Shown here piece after piece: positions 20,753 to 31,604 of a DNA stretch of 64,000 nt. Within the stretch, counting starts at the first letter, position 1, and the number at the start of each line of letters is the position of its first letter. The stretch lies in contig CAWEWF010000014.1 of assembly GCA_963812605.1 (NCBI GenBank), forward strand, positions 768,001 to 832,000, written 5' to 3'. The notes below the pieces were generated by a model. That model was not told where the DNA came from. It ran no database searches and saw nothing but the letters and a program-made list of their open reading frames with translations. The position numbers and the translations under genes are program-made. This stretch comes from an uncultured Verrucomicrobiae bacterium (GTDB lineage Bacteria; Verrucomicrobiota; Verrucomicrobiia; Palsa-1439).

Positions 20753-21151
20753 TCACCAAACGTACGCCAAAAGCTCTCCCCCCACCCTGGCCTTCTTGGC
20801 CTCGTGGCCGGTCATAATCCCGCGTGAAGTCGTGAGAATCGAAATCCCCATCCCGCCCAGCACACGCGGTACATCCTGCGAACCGACATACCGCCGCAAG
20901 CCCGGTCGGCTGATGCGCTTGATGCCGACGATCGCTCGCTCCTTGCCAATAATCTTGAGCTGGATCTTCAACACCTGGCGGCCGTTCTCCAGCTTTTCCG
21001 CGTAAAAATCCGCGATATACCCCTGCCGTTTCAGCACTTTTGCAATCTCCGCCTTCAGGCGGGAGTAGGGCACCAGCACGTCGGGTTTGAGCGCGCTGTT
21101 CGCGTTGCGAATCCGCGTCAACATATCGCCAATGGAATCAGTTACGTTCAT
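20753..21151 (-). CDS. rpsH: 30S ribosomal protein S8
   Basis: DMLTRIRNA, SRPGLR.Y and GGELL motifs. Confidence 0.98.
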   Translation of the reverse strand: MNVTDSIGDMLTRIRNANSALKPDVLVPYSRLKAEIAKVLKRQGYIADFYAEKLENGRQVLKIQLKIIGKERAIVGIKRISRPGLRRYVGSQDVPRVLGGMGISILTTSRGIMTGHEAKKARVGGELLAYVW

Positions 21152-21155
21152 CGAA

Positions 21156-21341
21156 TCACCAGCTCGCTTTCACCACGCCGGGGACTTTGCCCTGGCTGGC
21201 CAACTCGCGAAAGCAAATGCGGCAAATCTGGAAACGTCGGATGTAGGCGTGCCGGCGACCGCAGTTCTGGCAGCGGTTGTACTGCCGCGAACTGAATTTT
21301 GCGGGCCGACGCTGCTTCACTTCCCAGGTTACTTTCGCCAT
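21156..21341 (-). CDS. rpsN: 30S ribosomal protein S14, type Z (Zn-binding)
   Basis: 61 aa; RCQNCGR...[16 protein letters not shown]. Confidence 0.97.
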   Translation of the reverse strand: MAKVTWEVKQRRPAKFSSRQYNRCQNCGRRHAYIRRFQICRICFRELASQGKVPGVVKASW

Positions 21342-21352
21342 AGCTCGATCCT

Positions 21353-21889
21353 TTAACTGCTGAACGGCATCCCCAGCAGCTTCAAAAGCTCCTTCGCTTC
21401 CGCATCCGTGTTTGCCGTGGTTACAATCGTTACGTCCATGCCCAGGTTGTGCTTGATCTTGTCCAGCTCAACCTCGGGGAAAATCGTTTGGTCTTTCACA
21501 CCCATCGTATAGCTGCCCCGGCCATCGAATCCACGCGGGTTCATCCCGCGAAAATCGCGAATGCGTGGCAACGCGGCGTTGAAGAACCGCTCAAGGAACT
21601 CGTACATCCGCGCCCCCCGCAAGGTCACCTTCGCGCCGACGGGCATGCCTTCGCGAACTTTGAAATTGGAGATGCTCTTCTTCGCCTTGGTGACCAGGGC
21701 CTTCTGGCCGGTGATCGTGGCCAACTCCTGCTGGGCCTCGTTGATCACGTCCTTGTCGTGGTTGGCGTTGACGCCCATGTTGAGCACAACCTTCTCAACC
21801 TTCGGCACCTGCATCCGATTGGTGTAACGACCGCCCTTCAGAAGCTGCTCGACCACATCCTTCTTATAGAATTCGTAAAGCTGGACCAT
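21353..21889 (-). CDS. rplE: 50S ribosomal protein L5
   Basis: KVVLNMG, ITGQK, KVTLRG and PRIRDFRG motifs. Confidence 0.98.
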   Translation of the reverse strand: MVQLYEFYKKDVVEQLLKGGRYTNRMQVPKVEKVVLNMGVNANHDKDVINEAQQELATITGQKALVTKAKKSISNFKVREGMPVGAKVTLRGARMYEFLERFFNAALPRIRDFRGMNPRGFDGRGSYTMGVKDQTIFPEVELDKIKHNLGMDVTIVTTANTDAEAKELLKLLGMPFSS

Positions 21890-21898
21890 ATAAATCGA

Positions 21899-22177
21899 TT
21901 ACGCCTCTGCGGTTGCCGGCGCCGCATGCTTCTTGCGTCGCGCCTCGTACCGCTCTTGTTTCATCACCTTGGAAATCTGGATCGGCGCTTCCTTGGTAAT
22001 AATCCCACCCCGGGGATTGTCCTGGCTCTTTCGCATCGCCTTTTTGATGACGTTAACCCCTTCGACCAGCACACGGTTCTTTTCCGGATAAGTCGCCAGC
22101 ACCTTGCCGATCTTGCCCCGTTCCTCGCCGGCGATTACCACTACCATGTCGTCGCGTTTCACGTGCAAGTTCTTCAT
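21899..22177 (-). CDS. rplX: 50S ribosomal protein L24
   Basis: KOW motif D.VVVIAG..RGK.GKV; VEGVN and GGII.KEAPI. Confidence 0.97.
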   Translation of the reverse strand: MKNLHVKRDDMVVVIAGEERGKIGKVLATYPEKNRVLVEGVNVIKKAMRKSQDNPRGGIITKEAPIQISKVMKQERYEARRKKHAAPATAEA

Positions 22178-22180
22178 GAC

Positions 22181-22546
22181 CTAGAGCACCTCGGGGGCGA
22201 GAGAAATGATCTTCGTAAAGTTCTTGTCGCGCAGCTCACGCGCCACAGGTCCAAAAATACGCGTTCCCTTCGGGTTCTGCTGATCGTCAATGATCACGAC
22301 GGCGTTGTTGTCGAATCGCACGTAGGAACCGTCGGACCGTCGTAGTGGCGAACGCGTGCGCACCACCACACAGGTTACAACTTCGCCCTTCTTCACCGTT
22401 CCATCGGGCGCCGCTTCCTTGACGTGGGCCTTGATGACATCGCCAATCCGCGCATAGCGCTTCTGGTGTCCCAGCACGCCTATCGCCCATGCCACCCGAG
22501 CGCCAGTGTTGTCCGCGACATCCAGATGGGTGCGAATCTGGATCAT
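22181..22546 (-). CDS. rplN: 50S ribosomal protein L14
   Basis: [19 protein letters not shown] and SLAPEVL motifs. Confidence 0.99.
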   Translation of the reverse strand: MIQIRTHLDVADNTGARVAWAIGVLGHQKRYARIGDVIKAHVKEAAPDGTVKKGEVVTCVVVRTRSPLRRSDGSYVRFDNNAVVIIDDQQNPKGTRIFGPVARELRDKNFTKIISLAPEVL

Positions 22547-22833
22547 ACTTCGACCTTCTCAATCCCCGTCGCCTTCTCCACGACCTGTACCAGGCGCCAC
22601 CGCTTCAGCTTGCTCAGCGGCCGGGATTCCACGATGCGCACTTTGTCACCCACGCCGGCCTCGCTTTTTTCATCATGCGCGTAGAATTTCTTGTACAACA
22701 TCATGACCTTCTGGTACCGCGGATGGCGGACACGGCGCGCCACCTCGACGACAATGGTCTTATCCATTTTGTCGCTGATGACTTCACCCACCAACTGCCG
22801 TTTCTTGCTCTCGCTTGTCGCTTGGTCCGTCAT
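22543..22833 (-). CDS. rpsQ: 30S ribosomal protein S17
   Basis: [15 protein letters not shown] and ESRPLSK.KRW motifs. Confidence 0.97.
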   Translation of the reverse strand: MTDQATSESKKRQLVGEVISDKMDKTIVVEVARRVRHPRYQKVMMLYKKFYAHDEKSEAGVGDKVRIVESRPLSKLKRWRLVQVVEKATGIEKVEV

Positions 22834-22867
22834 GTTGAATCCGAAATCTTTCCGTCGGTCTGGGTCT

Positions 22868-23080
22868 TTACCTGGCCGCTGCCGCAGCGGCCGGGAGTTG
22901 TCGCTCCCGCAAAATGGTTTCGATCCGCGCCATGGCACGCCGCACTTCCCGGATGCGACTCGGGCGCTCAAGCCTCGCGGTCTGTTGCTGAAGCCGCAGG
23001 TTGAACAACTCCTGCCGAAGGTCACGTAGTTTGGCCTGTGCCTCCGCATCTGTCAACTCACGGATTTCTTTTGCTTTCAT
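22868..23080 (-). CDS. rpmC: 50S ribosomal protein L29
   Basis: MKAKEIRE...ELFNLR...IREVRR..ARI.T. Confidence 0.95.
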   Translation of the reverse strand: MKAKEIRELTDAEAQAKLRDLRQELFNLRLQQQTARLERPSRIREVRRAMARIETILRERQLPAAAAAAR

Positions 23081-23088
23081 GTCGCTGT

Positions 23089-23499
23089 CTACCGCCTGGT
23101 TACAAACCGTGTCGCAATCGGTAGCTTGGACGCCGCCAATCGAAATGACTCGCGCGCCAGGACTTCCGTTACGCCGCCCAACTCGAACAACACATTTCCC
23201 GGCCGCACCACCGCCACCCATGTCTCCGGCGGGCCTTTGCCCTTGCCCATGCGCGTTTCGGGCGGTCGCTTGGTGATCGGCTTGTCCGGGAACACGCGAA
23301 TCCACAATTTCCCCCGACGTTTCATATTACGCGACAGGGCGACGCGACAAGCTTCGAGTTGCGTCGTGGTCACCCAGGCGCGGTCCAAAGCTTGCAAACC
23401 GTATTCGCCAAAGGCGACCGTGGCGCCGCGCCACGCGGTACCAGTACGGCTGCCCCGTTGGGCTTTCCGGTACTTCACTCTTTTGGGCATCATTGCCAT
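23089..23499 (-). CDS. rplP: 50S ribosomal protein L16
   Basis: [15 protein letters not shown] and KLPI motifs. Confidence 0.99.
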   Translation of the reverse strand: MAMMPKRVKYRKAQRGSRTGTAWRGATVAFGEYGLQALDRAWVTTTQLEACRVALSRNMKRRGKLWIRVFPDKPITKRPPETRMGKGKGPPETWVAVVRPGNVLFELGGVTEVLARESFRLAASKLPIATRFVTRR

Positions 23500-23533
23500 A
23501 ATTTCGAAATTCCTCGGCGACTTCTTCCCTCCG

Positions 23534-24220
23534 CTAGAGCGACGGGGCCGGGCCCACCGGCAACGGCGTGGCCTGCGGCGGTTGCACCGCCCGCAAGGGA
23601 CGTTCGCCCTTGCAGATCCAAACCTTCACGCCAATCTTGCCGTAAACCGTCTGGGCTTCGGCGAATCCATAATCGATGTCCGCGCGCAACGTGTGCAGCG
23701 GAATTTTGCCGACACGGTACTTCTCGTGCCGCGCCAATTCAGCGCCGCCGAGCCGACCGCCACAGGCGACCTTGATCCCCTGCGCACCAAAATCCATCGC
23801 CGTCTGCACGGACTTCTTCATCGCGCGACGGAAACTGATGCGGCGCTCCAGTTGCAACGCGATATTTTCCGCCACCAACTGCGCGTCGGTTTCCGGTGTC
23901 TTGACCTCAAGAATATCGACGTAAATCTCCTTGCCCGTAAGCGCTGCCAACTCCTCTTTCAGTTTGTCGATCTCCGCGCCTTTGCGTCCGATGACAATCC
24001 CCGGACGAGCGGTCGAAATTGTAATGCGCGCACGGTTGGCATAGCGTTCGATGGCGATCTTCGGGACGGCCGCTGACGCCAGCTTCTTCTTCACGATCTC
24101 GCGAATCTTGATGTCTTCGAGTAACAGTGGCGCGTAGTCCTTCTTGTCGGCATACCACTTGGAGAGCCAGTCCTTGGTGACGGCCACGCGAAAACCAATC
24201 GGATTCGTTTTTTGTCCCAT
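23534..24220 (-). CDS. rpsC: 30S ribosomal protein S3
   Basis: MGQK.NPIGFR, RPGIVIG and [11 protein letters not shown] motifs. Confidence 0.99.
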   Translation of the reverse strand: MGQKTNPIGFRVAVTKDWLSKWYADKKDYAPLLLEDIKIREIVKKKLASAAVPKIAIERYANRARITISTARPGIVIGRKGAEIDKLKEELAALTGKEIYVDILEVKTPETDAQLVAENIALQLERRISFRRAMKKSVQTAMDFGAQGIKVACGGRLGGAELARHEKYRVGKIPLHTLRADIDYGFAEAQTVYGKIGVKVWICKGERPLRAVQPPQATPLPVGPAPSL

Positions 24221-24223
24221 AAT

Positions 24224-24565
24224 TTATTGTCCGTCTGTCAATATGATCTGGATGTGCGCTGTCCGTTTGATGATCGGACCCGCACTGCCGCGCGCCTTCG
24301 GTTGCCAGCGTTTGAGCCGCGGCCCTTCGTTGGCAACCGCTTCTTTGACGCGCAAGAGCGCCGGGTCGAGCTTGTGACTGTTCGGATCGGTCGCGTTGGC
24401 GATCGCCGACTTCAATGTCTTTTCAATCATCCGCGCCGATTTGCGTGGAATAACCCGCAGCACTTCCAGCGCGCTCGAGGCGCTCAAGCCCTGGATCAAA
24501 CGCGTCACTTCGCCGACTTTCGACGGACTCATGCGCGCATATTTCGTTATCGCTCTTACTTCCAT
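24224..24565 (-). CDS. rplV: 50S ribosomal protein L22
   Basis: SP.KV..V, KSAIANA and PKARG....I.KRT.HI motifs. Confidence 0.97.
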   Translation of the reverse strand: MEVRAITKYARMSPSKVGEVTRLIQGLSASSALEVLRVIPRKSARMIEKTLKSAIANATDPNSHKLDPALLRVKEAVANEGPRLKRWQPKARGSAGPIIKRTAHIQIILTDGQ

Positions 24566-24575
24566 AAAATCACTT

Positions 24576-25333
24576 TCACGAACTCTTCGTCACCCGCGCG
24601 ACATCTCTTGTCTTGAGGGTGACTTTCCTATCCAACCGCTCGATCAACGCGCCGCAAATCCGCTGGCGCACTTCAACGATCCTTAATTCCGCCACTACCC
24701 GATCGCCCCGCACACCGCCAATGGCATACCGACCCGCGCTCCTTGAAGCAACCCGATATTCAATACCACAACCCGCAGATTCGGGTTCACGTCCAACACC
24801 GTCGCCGCTTCCAGCGTCCCCTCGGCGGCTTTCCCCGCGGGAGCAGCCGGTGGTTGTTCACTCGTCGCCAGCAGCGCCCTTGACCGCGCGAGTTCGCCGG
24901 CCACATCCCCCGACTTCTGGATTGCGCCCAGCAATCGCTGCAGTTGCTCAATCAAGCGCTGTCGCTCGGCCTCCGCGAGATACAACGCGCGGACGCTTTC
25001 GACGAGTTGGCGCTGCGCCTGCGTCGTTGTCTCATCGGCAAAATTCACGCCGAGCGTCTGCGCCCGAAGCTGCGCGTCGCTCCACTTTTTCTGGAACAAC
25101 TCGCTCTCCGTTCGGGCAATCGCCAGATTCTCGGTGAGCAGGCGAATGATCGTCTCACGTTGCTCTAACTCCGTCTTGAGCCGTTGATTGTCGCCGGTGA
25201 GTTTTTCAACCAACACCCGCAACTCTTCCATGGCCGCCGCCGGTGGCTGCGCTTCTTCAGCCGCCAACAGCCCTGTTGCTACAAAGAACAAACAAACCGT
25301 GCACACTCTCGTTCGCCTGCCAGGCACGGACAC
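24576..25333 (-). CDS. Hypothetical exported coiled-coil protein inside the S10 operon; apparent frameshift near 24712
   Basis: GGGAGG SD 6 nt before GTG; signal-peptide-like N-terminus and heptad region; adding 1 nt gives ...RGDRVVAELRIVEVRQRICGALIE...VTKSS*, ending 10 nt before rplV. Confidence 0.75.
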
Positions 25334-25351
25334 AACCGCCTCCCGGCCGCG

Positions 25352-25630
25352 TTACTTCGCGACCGCCTTCTCAGTATGGGCTCCGTGCGCCTTAAAGGTG
25401 CGCGTCGGCGAAAATTCACCCAGGCGATGGCCCACCATATTTTCCGTCACAAAAACCGGCGTGTGCTGCCGTCCGTTGTGGACCAGAAACGTCTGGCCAA
25501 CAAATTCAGGGATAATCATCGACCGTCTTGACCAGGTCTTGATCGGCTTTTTCTCGCCGGCCTTTAGTGCTTCGACCTTCTTTAGAAGGTGATCATCGAC
25601 AAACGGGCCTTTTTTGAGCGACCGTCCCAT
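25352..25630 (-). CDS. rpsS: 30S ribosomal protein S19
   Basis: [15 protein letters not shown] and MVGHRLGEF motifs. Confidence 0.99.
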   Translation of the reverse strand: MGRSLKKGPFVDDHLLKKVEALKAGEKKPIKTWSRRSMIIPEFVGQTFLVHNGRQHTPVFVTENMVGHRLGEFSPTRTFKAHGAHTEKAVAK

Positions 25631-26467
25631 TTATTTCTTCCTTCTCTCCAAAATCAACGAGTTCGAATACTTTTTCTTCCGCCGCGTTTTGCCGCCCTTG
25701 GCCAGCTTGCCCCACGGCGACACCGGGTGATGCCAGCCGCCGCCGCCCTTGCTCTTACCCTGACCGCCGCCCATCGGGTGGTCCACCGGATTGCGTGCCA
25801 TGCCGCGTGAAATGCCGCGACGACCCAGCCAGCGATTACGCCCGGCCTTGCCCAGCATGATGTTGATGTGGTCGGTGTTGCCAATCTGCCCGATCGTGCA
25901 GTAGCATTCACGGTTAATCAGGCGAAGCTCACCCGACGGCATCTTAACGGTGACGTAATCCCCTTCACTGGCTGTGACTTGCGCTGCCATGCCCGCGCTG
26001 CGGCAAATCTGTCCGCCGCGACCTCGATGCAGCTCGACATTGTGAATCGGCATACCGGGAATGATCTTCTTTAGCGGCAGTGCATTGCCCACGGACAATT
26101 CCGCATCGGGACCGCTCATCAGCTTCGCGCCGACTTGCAAACCTAGTGGCGCGATAATGTAACGCTTCTCGCCATCGGCATACTTCAGCAGCGCGATGCG
26201 CGCGGAACGATTTGGATCGTACTCGATCCCCTCGACAATCGCGACGACACCAACTTTATCGCGTTTGAAATCAATAATGCGATAGCGCTGCTTGTGACCG
26301 CCACCGATGCCGCGCGAGGTCATGCGCCCGTGATGATTGCGTCCGCCTGTGCGGCGCCGCGCCACGGTGAGCTTTTTTTCGGGTTTGTGCTTCGTGATCT
26401 CCGAGAAATCGGAAAGCACGGTCCCGCGCAGTGATGGCGTCAACGGCCTAAATGTCTTGAGTCCCAT
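25631..26467 (-). CDS. rplB: 50S ribosomal protein L2
   Basis: [13 protein letters not shown] and NPVDHP.GGG motifs. Confidence 0.99.
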   Translation of the reverse strand: MGLKTFRPLTPSLRGTVLSDFSEITKHKPEKKLTVARRRTGGRNHHGRMTSRGIGGGHKQRYRIIDFKRDKVGVVAIVEGIEYDPNRSARIALLKYADGEKRYIIAPLGLQVGAKLMSGPDAELSVGNALPLKKIIPGMPIHNVELHRGRGGQICRSAGMAAQVTASEGDYVTVKMPSGELRLINRECYCTIGQIGNTDHINIMLGKAGRNRWLGRRGISRGMARNPVDHPMGGGQGKSKGGGGWHHPVSPWGKLAKGGKTRRKKKYSNSLILERRKK

Positions 26468-26473
26468 AAATCG

Positions 26474-26758
26474 TCATGCCAAATCAATCTTGTCGCCCTC
26501 TTTGAGGGTGACAACTGCCTTCTTCCAACTGGGCGTGCGCCCGAACTGCGCCGTCCGTTCGCGCCGCGCCTTGCCCTGCACGTGCATCGTGTTCACGTGA
26601 AGCACCTTGACCTTGAACAATTGCTCGACCGCGCGCTTCACATCGACCTTGTTCGCGTGCTTATCGACGACCATCTGATACTGATTCAATTTCTCGATTT
26701 GCGCCGTGCCCTTCTCGGTAACGCGCACGGTCTTGACCACGGTGTAGGGATCCTTCAT
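26474..26758 (-). CDS. rplW: 50S ribosomal protein L23
   Basis: TEK, ANK..VK.AVE.LF.VKV and WKKA.VTL motifs. Confidence 0.97.
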   Translation of the reverse strand: MKDPYTVVKTVRVTEKGTAQIEKLNQYQMVVDKHANKVDVKRAVEQLFKVKVLHVNTMHVQGKARRERTAQFGRTPSWKKAVVTLKEGDKIDLA

Positions 26759-26763
26759 CAGTC

Positions 26764-27390
26764 TTATCCCAGGCGCGCGCCCAATTTCTCAAGCGCGGCT
26801 TTGGTGGTCACGATTTTCTCGAAGCGTAACAGCTCGTAGACGTTCACGGAACCCACCGGCTCGACCTGCACATTCGGGAGATTTCGCGCCGCCAACTTCA
26901 AATTCTTCTCCACCTGCTCGGTGACAACGAGCGTATGTTTATTCTTGCCGCCCAGCGCCGTTACAATGGCCGCCAGGTCTTTGGTCTTGTGGGTCGTCAA
27001 ACTCAACTCGTCAACCACAACGATATCGCCCGCCAACAGGCGTTCGCTCAATGCCTTGCGAAACGCCAGGGCCTTCACCTTTTTCGGTACATTGATTGTG
27101 TAATCGCGCGGCTTCGGGCCGAAGACCACGCCACCGCCACGCCACAGCGGCGAGGCGAAGGATCCCGCGCGCGCACGACCCGTGCCCTTCTGCTTCCACG
27201 GCTTCTTGCCGCTACCGTGCACCTCGCTGATTTGCTTGGTGCTCGCTGTGCCGAGACGCTGGTTCGCCATGTAGGCCGTAACCGTGTCATGCACCGCCTG
27301 CGTGCCTTTGCCATTCTTGATGAGCAACTCGTCGGCGAATTCAACTTCGCCCTTGGACTGACCGGAAATGTTAATGACAGGCAGCTTCAT
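26764..27390 (-). CDS. rplD: 50S ribosomal protein L4
   Basis: KPWKQKGTGRAR.GS and GGG..FGPKPR motifs. Confidence 0.98.
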   Translation of the reverse strand: MKLPVINISGQSKGEVEFADELLIKNGKGTQAVHDTVTAYMANQRLGTASTKQISEVHGSGKKPWKQKGTGRARAGSFASPLWRGGGVVFGPKPRDYTINVPKKVKALAFRKALSERLLAGDIVVVDELSLTTHKTKDLAAIVTALGGKNKHTLVVTEQVEKNLKLAARNLPNVQVEPVGSVNVYELLRFEKIVTTKAALEKLGARLG

Positions 27391-28040
27391 TTCGCCGCCT
27401 TCGCTACCGGTTTGGTTTTCTTCAACGCATGCCGGACAATAACAAACGCGCCAGTTGCCCCGGGCACCGCACCCTCGATGAACAACAGGTTGTCGGGTTC
27501 GCGCACCTGTACCACGCGTAAATTCTGCGTCGTGACACGGCGGTCACCCATGTGACCGGGCATCCGCATGTTCTTGAACACGCGGCCTGGGAATAGACGC
27601 TGACCAATCGCCCCACCGCGGCGATGCCAGCCCTTCGCGCCGTGGGTCATGTCGCCACCGGCAAACTTGTGGCGTCGCACTACGCCCTGAAAGCCCTTGC
27701 CTTTGCCGACGCCGATCACATCCACGTATTGACCCGACTGAAATTCCTTCACGGTGATCTTGTCGCCAACATTGAATTGCACCGGCTCTTCCGTGCGATA
27801 CTCACGGATAAATCGTGCTGGTGGTGTGTTGGCCTTCTGGCAGTGGCCGATCAACGCTTTGGAAGCGTTCTTTTCCTTGCGGGCGCCCAGACCGATCTGC
27901 ACCGCATGGTAGCCATCATTCTCCGGCGTCTTTTTCTGCAAGACGGTGCAGGGACCCAGTTCAATCACGGTCACGCCAACGAAATTGCCGTTCGCGTCGA
28001 ACAACTGCGCCATGCCAAGTTTTTTGCCGAGAAGTTCCAT
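27387..28040 (-). CDS. rplC: 50S ribosomal protein L3
   Basis: KLGM, KGKGFQG and M.GHMG motifs. Confidence 0.98.
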   Translation of the reverse strand: MELLGKKLGMAQLFDANGNFVGVTVIELGPCTVLQKKTPENDGYHAVQIGLGARKEKNASKALIGHCQKANTPPARFIREYRTEEPVQFNVGDKITVKEFQSGQYVDVIGVGKGKGFQGVVRRHKFAGGDMTHGAKGWHRRGGAIGQRLFPGRVFKNMRMPGHMGDRRVTTQNLRVVQVREPDNLLFIEGAVPGATGAFVIVRHALKKTKPVAKAAK

Positions 28041-28042
28041 GA

Positions 28043-28351
28043 CTAAATCTTGATCGTAATGTCCACGCCCGCGGGAAGGTTCAGTTTCTTCAACTCGTCA
28101 ACCGTTTTGGCCGTCGGGTCAATGATGTCGAGCAACCGCTTGTGGGTGCGCATCTCGAATGACTCCATCGACTTCTTGTCGGCATGCGGCGAACGGTTCA
28201 CGGTGTGACGCCAGATATCGGTCGGCAGCGGGATCGGGCCGGCCACCTTCGCGCCGGTGCGCTTGGCGGTTTCGACGATGTCATGCGCTGATTGGTCGAG
28301 CAAGCGGTGGTCGTAGCCTTTGAGGCGGATGCGTATGCGCTGATTGTTCAT
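28043..28351 (-). CDS. rpsJ: 30S ribosomal protein S10
   Basis: IRIRLK.YDH, GPIPLPT and FEMRTHKRL motifs. Confidence 0.99.
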   Translation of the reverse strand: MNNQRIRIRLKGYDHRLLDQSAHDIVETAKRTGAKVAGPIPLPTDIWRHTVNRSPHADKKSMESFEMRTHKRLLDIIDPTAKTVDELKKLNLPAGVDITIKI

Positions 28352-30516
28352 TTCTTCTGCTGCCCCGCCCTTGGGTTGCTGTTACCGCTGTTTTTGTCCA
28401 AAATGGTGGCCAGAATATTCTCCGGTACCTTCTCAAACGCCGCCGGCTCCATCGAGTAGCTCGCGCGCCCTTTGCTCAGTGAACGCAGGGCCGTGGCGTA
28501 ACCAAACATCTCCGCCAGCGGCACGGTGGCGTGCACAATGGTGGAACTCGCCCGCGATTCGATGTGGCTGATCTTGCCCCGTCGGCTGTTCAGGTCGCCG
28601 ACAACGTCGCCCATGTGCTCCTCGGGGGTAATGGCCTCAACGTCCATGATCGGTTCCAACATGATCGCGCCGGCTTTCCGGGCTGCTTCCTTGAAGGCAA
28701 AACTGCCGGCCATCTTGAATGCGATTTCCGAACTGTCCACCTCGTGGTAGGTGCCGTCGATGATCTGGATCTTGATATCCACCATCGGGTAACCGCCCAG
28801 CACACCGGTCTGCGCCGCTTCGACAATGCCGTCTTCGACCGCGCCAATGTATTCCCGCGGGATCGCGCCGCCGACGACTTCATCCTCGACTACAATGCCG
28901 CTGCCTTTTTCGCCGGGCTCAACAGTAACGACCGCGTGCCCGTACTGACCACGGCCACCCGATTGACGGATAAATTTACCTTCGGCCTCGGCGGACTTGG
29001 TGATTGTTTCACGATAGGCAACCTGCGGTTTGCCCGCGGTCGCGCCAACATTGAATTCGCGGAACATGCGATCTTTGATGATATCGAGATGCAACTCGCC
29101 CATCCCGGAAATGATGGTCTGGCCGGTCTCCTGGTCGGTTGTGAGGCGGAACGTTGGGTCTTCTTCGGCGAGTCGCTGCAACGCGGTAGACATCTTGTCG
29201 CGGTCGGCCTTCGTGTTTGGTTCGATGGCCATGGAAATAACCGGCTCCGGAAACGTGATCGATTCGAGCAGGATTGGATGATCGTCGTCCGAAACTGTGT
29301 CGCCCGTCGTGACGTTTTTCAGCCCGACGAGCGCGCCAATGTCACCCGAGTAACACACATCAATTTCCTGTCGATGATTCGCATGCATCTCCAGCAGGCG
29401 GCCAATACGTTCGCGCTTATTATTACGCGGATTATAGACCGTCATGCCCTTGGTCACTTTGCCCGAATAGACTCGGAAGAAAATCAACCGGCCGGCGTAC
29501 GGATCCGTCCAAATTTTGAATGCCAGCGCGCAGAAAGCGCCGTTATCATTCGCCGAGCGCTTCTCGGGCTCTTTGCTATCCGGGTTCGTTCCGACAATTT
29601 CTGGAATATCAAGCGGGGAGGGAAGGTAATCGACAACGGCATCGAGCAACGGCTGTACACCTTTGTTCTTGAATGCCGCACCGCAAATCACGGGCACCAT
29701 CTCATTCTTGATCGTGAGCCGACGAATGCCGTCCTGCAGTTGCTGCTGGTTGATCTCTTTGCCTTCGAGGTAAAGATGCATCAACTCCTCGTCCTTCTCC
29801 GAGACCGCTTCCACGAGTTTCGCGTGCGCCGCGTCCGCGGCGGCTTTCAAGTCGGCAGGAATATCGACCACCTCAAACTCCGCACCGAGTTCCTCACCCG
29901 ACCAAAGGACGGCCTTCATCCTAACGAGATCGATGACACCCTTGAAATCAGCTTCCTTGCCGATCGGAATTTGAATCGGCACGGCATTCGCCGCCAGCCG
30001 CTCGCGCATCTGCGCCACGGCGGCTTCAAAATCGGCGCCCGTGCGGTCCATCTTGTTGACGAAAGCGATGCGCGGAACCTTGTACTTGTTGGCCTGACGC
30101 CACACGGTTTCCGATTGGGGCTCTACGCCTCCCACCGCGCAAAACACAGCACAGGCGCCATCCAGCACGCGCAGGCTGCGCTCGACCTCGACCGTGAAGT
30201 CCACATGCCCGGGAGTATCGATGATATTGACGCGATGGTCGCGCCAGAAGCAGGTCGTCGCGGCACTGGTGATCGTGATGCCACGTTCACGCTCCTGTTC
30301 CATCCAGTCCATGGTCGTCGTGCCCTCATGCACCTCGCCAACCTTGTAGACCTTCCCGGTATAGAAAAGGATCCGCTCGGTCGTCGTGGTCTTGCCGGCG
30401 TCGATGTGCGCGCAAATCCCAATGTTGCGGGTGCGCTCCAACGGCACGAGTCGGCCTGTCGACGATCTCGACTTGTCTTCGCCTGTCTGTTTCGCTTGTT
30501 CTAGCACGGCCTGCAT
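28348..30516 (-). CDS. fusA: Elongation factor G
   Basis: [23 protein letters not shown] and QSGGRGQYG motifs. Confidence 0.99.
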   Translation of the reverse strand: MQAVLEQAKQTGEDKSRSSTGRLVPLERTRNIGICAHIDAGKTTTTERILFYTGKVYKVGEVHEGTTTMDWMEQERERGITITSAATTCFWRDHRVNIIDTPGHVDFTVEVERSLRVLDGACAVFCAVGGVEPQSETVWRQANKYKVPRIAFVNKMDRTGADFEAAVAQMRERLAANAVPIQIPIGKEADFKGVIDLVRMKAVLWSGEELGAEFEVVDIPADLKAAADAAHAKLVEAVSEKDEELMHLYLEGKEINQQQLQDGIRRLTIKNEMVPVICGAAFKNKGVQPLLDAVVDYLPSPLDIPEIVGTNPDSKEPEKRSANDNGAFCALAFKIWTDPYAGRLIFFRVYSGKVTKGMTVYNPRNNKRERIGRLLEMHANHRQEIDVCYSGDIGALVGLKNVTTGDTVSDDDHPILLESITFPEPVISMAIEPNTKADRDKMSTALQRLAEEDPTFRLTTDQETGQTIISGMGELHLDIIKDRMFREFNVGATAGKPQVAYRETITKSAEAEGKFIRQSGGRGQYGHAVVTVEPGEKGSGIVVEDEVVGGAIPREYIGAVEDGIVEAAQTGVLGGYPMVDIKIQIIDGTYHEVDSSEIAFKMAGSFAFKEAARKAGAIMLEPIMDVEAITPEEHMGDVVGDLNSRRGKISHIESRASSTIVHATVPLAEMFGYATALRSLSKGRASYSMEPAAFEKVPENILATILDKNSGNSNPRAGQQKK

Positions 30517-30602
30517 TTTCTAATTACTGCTTGTTTGTTGTTCCACCAAATTTCACAAAAGCACAACCATGGCTTGTCCTGACGGGTGAATTCACCTTCG
30601 GA

Positions 30603-31073
30603 CTACCAGCGGTAGTGCGCAAACGCACGATTGGCCTGCGCCATCTTGTGCGTGTCCTCACGCTTCTTCACGGACGCGCCCGTATTGTTTGACGCATCCA
30701 GAATCTCTGCGGCCAGGGCGTCCATCATCGCGGTGCCCTTGCGGGCACTGGCGTACTGGATCATCCAGCGCATCGCCAGCGCTTCCTGGCGATCAGACGA
30801 AACTTCGACCGGCACCTGGTAGTTCGCGCCGCCAACCCGGCGTGACTTGACCTCCAGCCTCGGCTTTACGTTTTCCAACGCCGTCTGCAATACGTCCAGC
30901 GGGCTCTTTTCCTTGGCCTTCTGCGCGATCCGGTCGAACGCGCCGTAGACAATCCGCTCCGCCACGGACTTCTTCCCACTCTGCATGATACAAGTGATCA
31001 GTCGCGTGACGGTTTCGCTGTTGAAACGCACGTCTCTGATTCTCGGTCGTCGATCTGCTCTTCGTCTGCGCAT
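30603..31073 (-). CDS. rpsG: 30S ribosomal protein S7
   Basis: SRRVGGANYQVP and ANRAFAHYRW motifs. Confidence 0.99.
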   Translation of the reverse strand: MRRRRADRRPRIRDVRFNSETVTRLITCIMQSGKKSVAERIVYGAFDRIAQKAKEKSPLDVLQTALENVKPRLEVKSRRVGGANYQVPVEVSSDRQEALAMRWMIQYASARKGTAMMDALAAEILDASNNTGASVKKREDTHKMAQANRAFAHYRW

Positions 31074-31094
31074 ACTCGAATTATCTCAAATTGA

Positions 31095-31505
31095 TCAGGC
31101 CGCCTTTGCGCCCGTATCCTTCTTCGCACCAGTGTCCTTCGGACGTTTGACGCCATACTTGCTGCGACTGCGGCGGCGTTTTTCCACACCCATCGCATCC
31201 AATGTCCCACGCACAATATGATAACGAACGCCGGGCAAATCCTTCACGCGTCCGCCCCGCACAAGCACAATCGAGTGCTCCTGTAGATTATGTCCCTCGT
31301 CCGGGATATACGCAATGACCTCAATGCCATTCGTCAGCCGCACCTTGGCCACTTTCCGCAGCGCCGAATTCGGTTTCTTCGGCGTACGCGTCATCACCTG
31401 GAGACAAACGCCACGCCGCTGGGGACATTTGTCCAGTGCCGGTGCCTTGGACTTCGCCTTCAACTGGCGACGGCCTTTCCGAACAAGTTGATTAATTGTT
31501 GGCAT
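31095..31505 (-). CDS. rpsL: 30S ribosomal protein S12
   Basis: [19 protein letters not shown] and [11 protein letters not shown] motifs. Confidence 0.99.
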   Translation of the reverse strand: MPTINQLVRKGRRQLKAKSKAPALDKCPQRRGVCLQVMTRTPKKPNSALRKVAKVRLTNGIEVIAYIPDEGHNLQEHSIVLVRGGRVKDLPGVRYHIVRGTLDAMGVEKRRRSRSKYGVKRPKDTGAKKDTGAKAA

Positions 31506-31604
31506 CTGTTAACCCGTTAAACGCCACTTCCCTAGTGGCTCCAAAGGAACGCGAAACCTAACACACGCTCCGGTGCAACGCAAGACCTTTTGAGCACCCG
31601 ACTT

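Noticed and set aside
28531-30504. Long antisense ORFs opposite fusA (also opposite dxs, rpoB, tuf and glmS)
   Set aside because: Expected shadow ORFs from high-GC codon bias; no protein-like motifs
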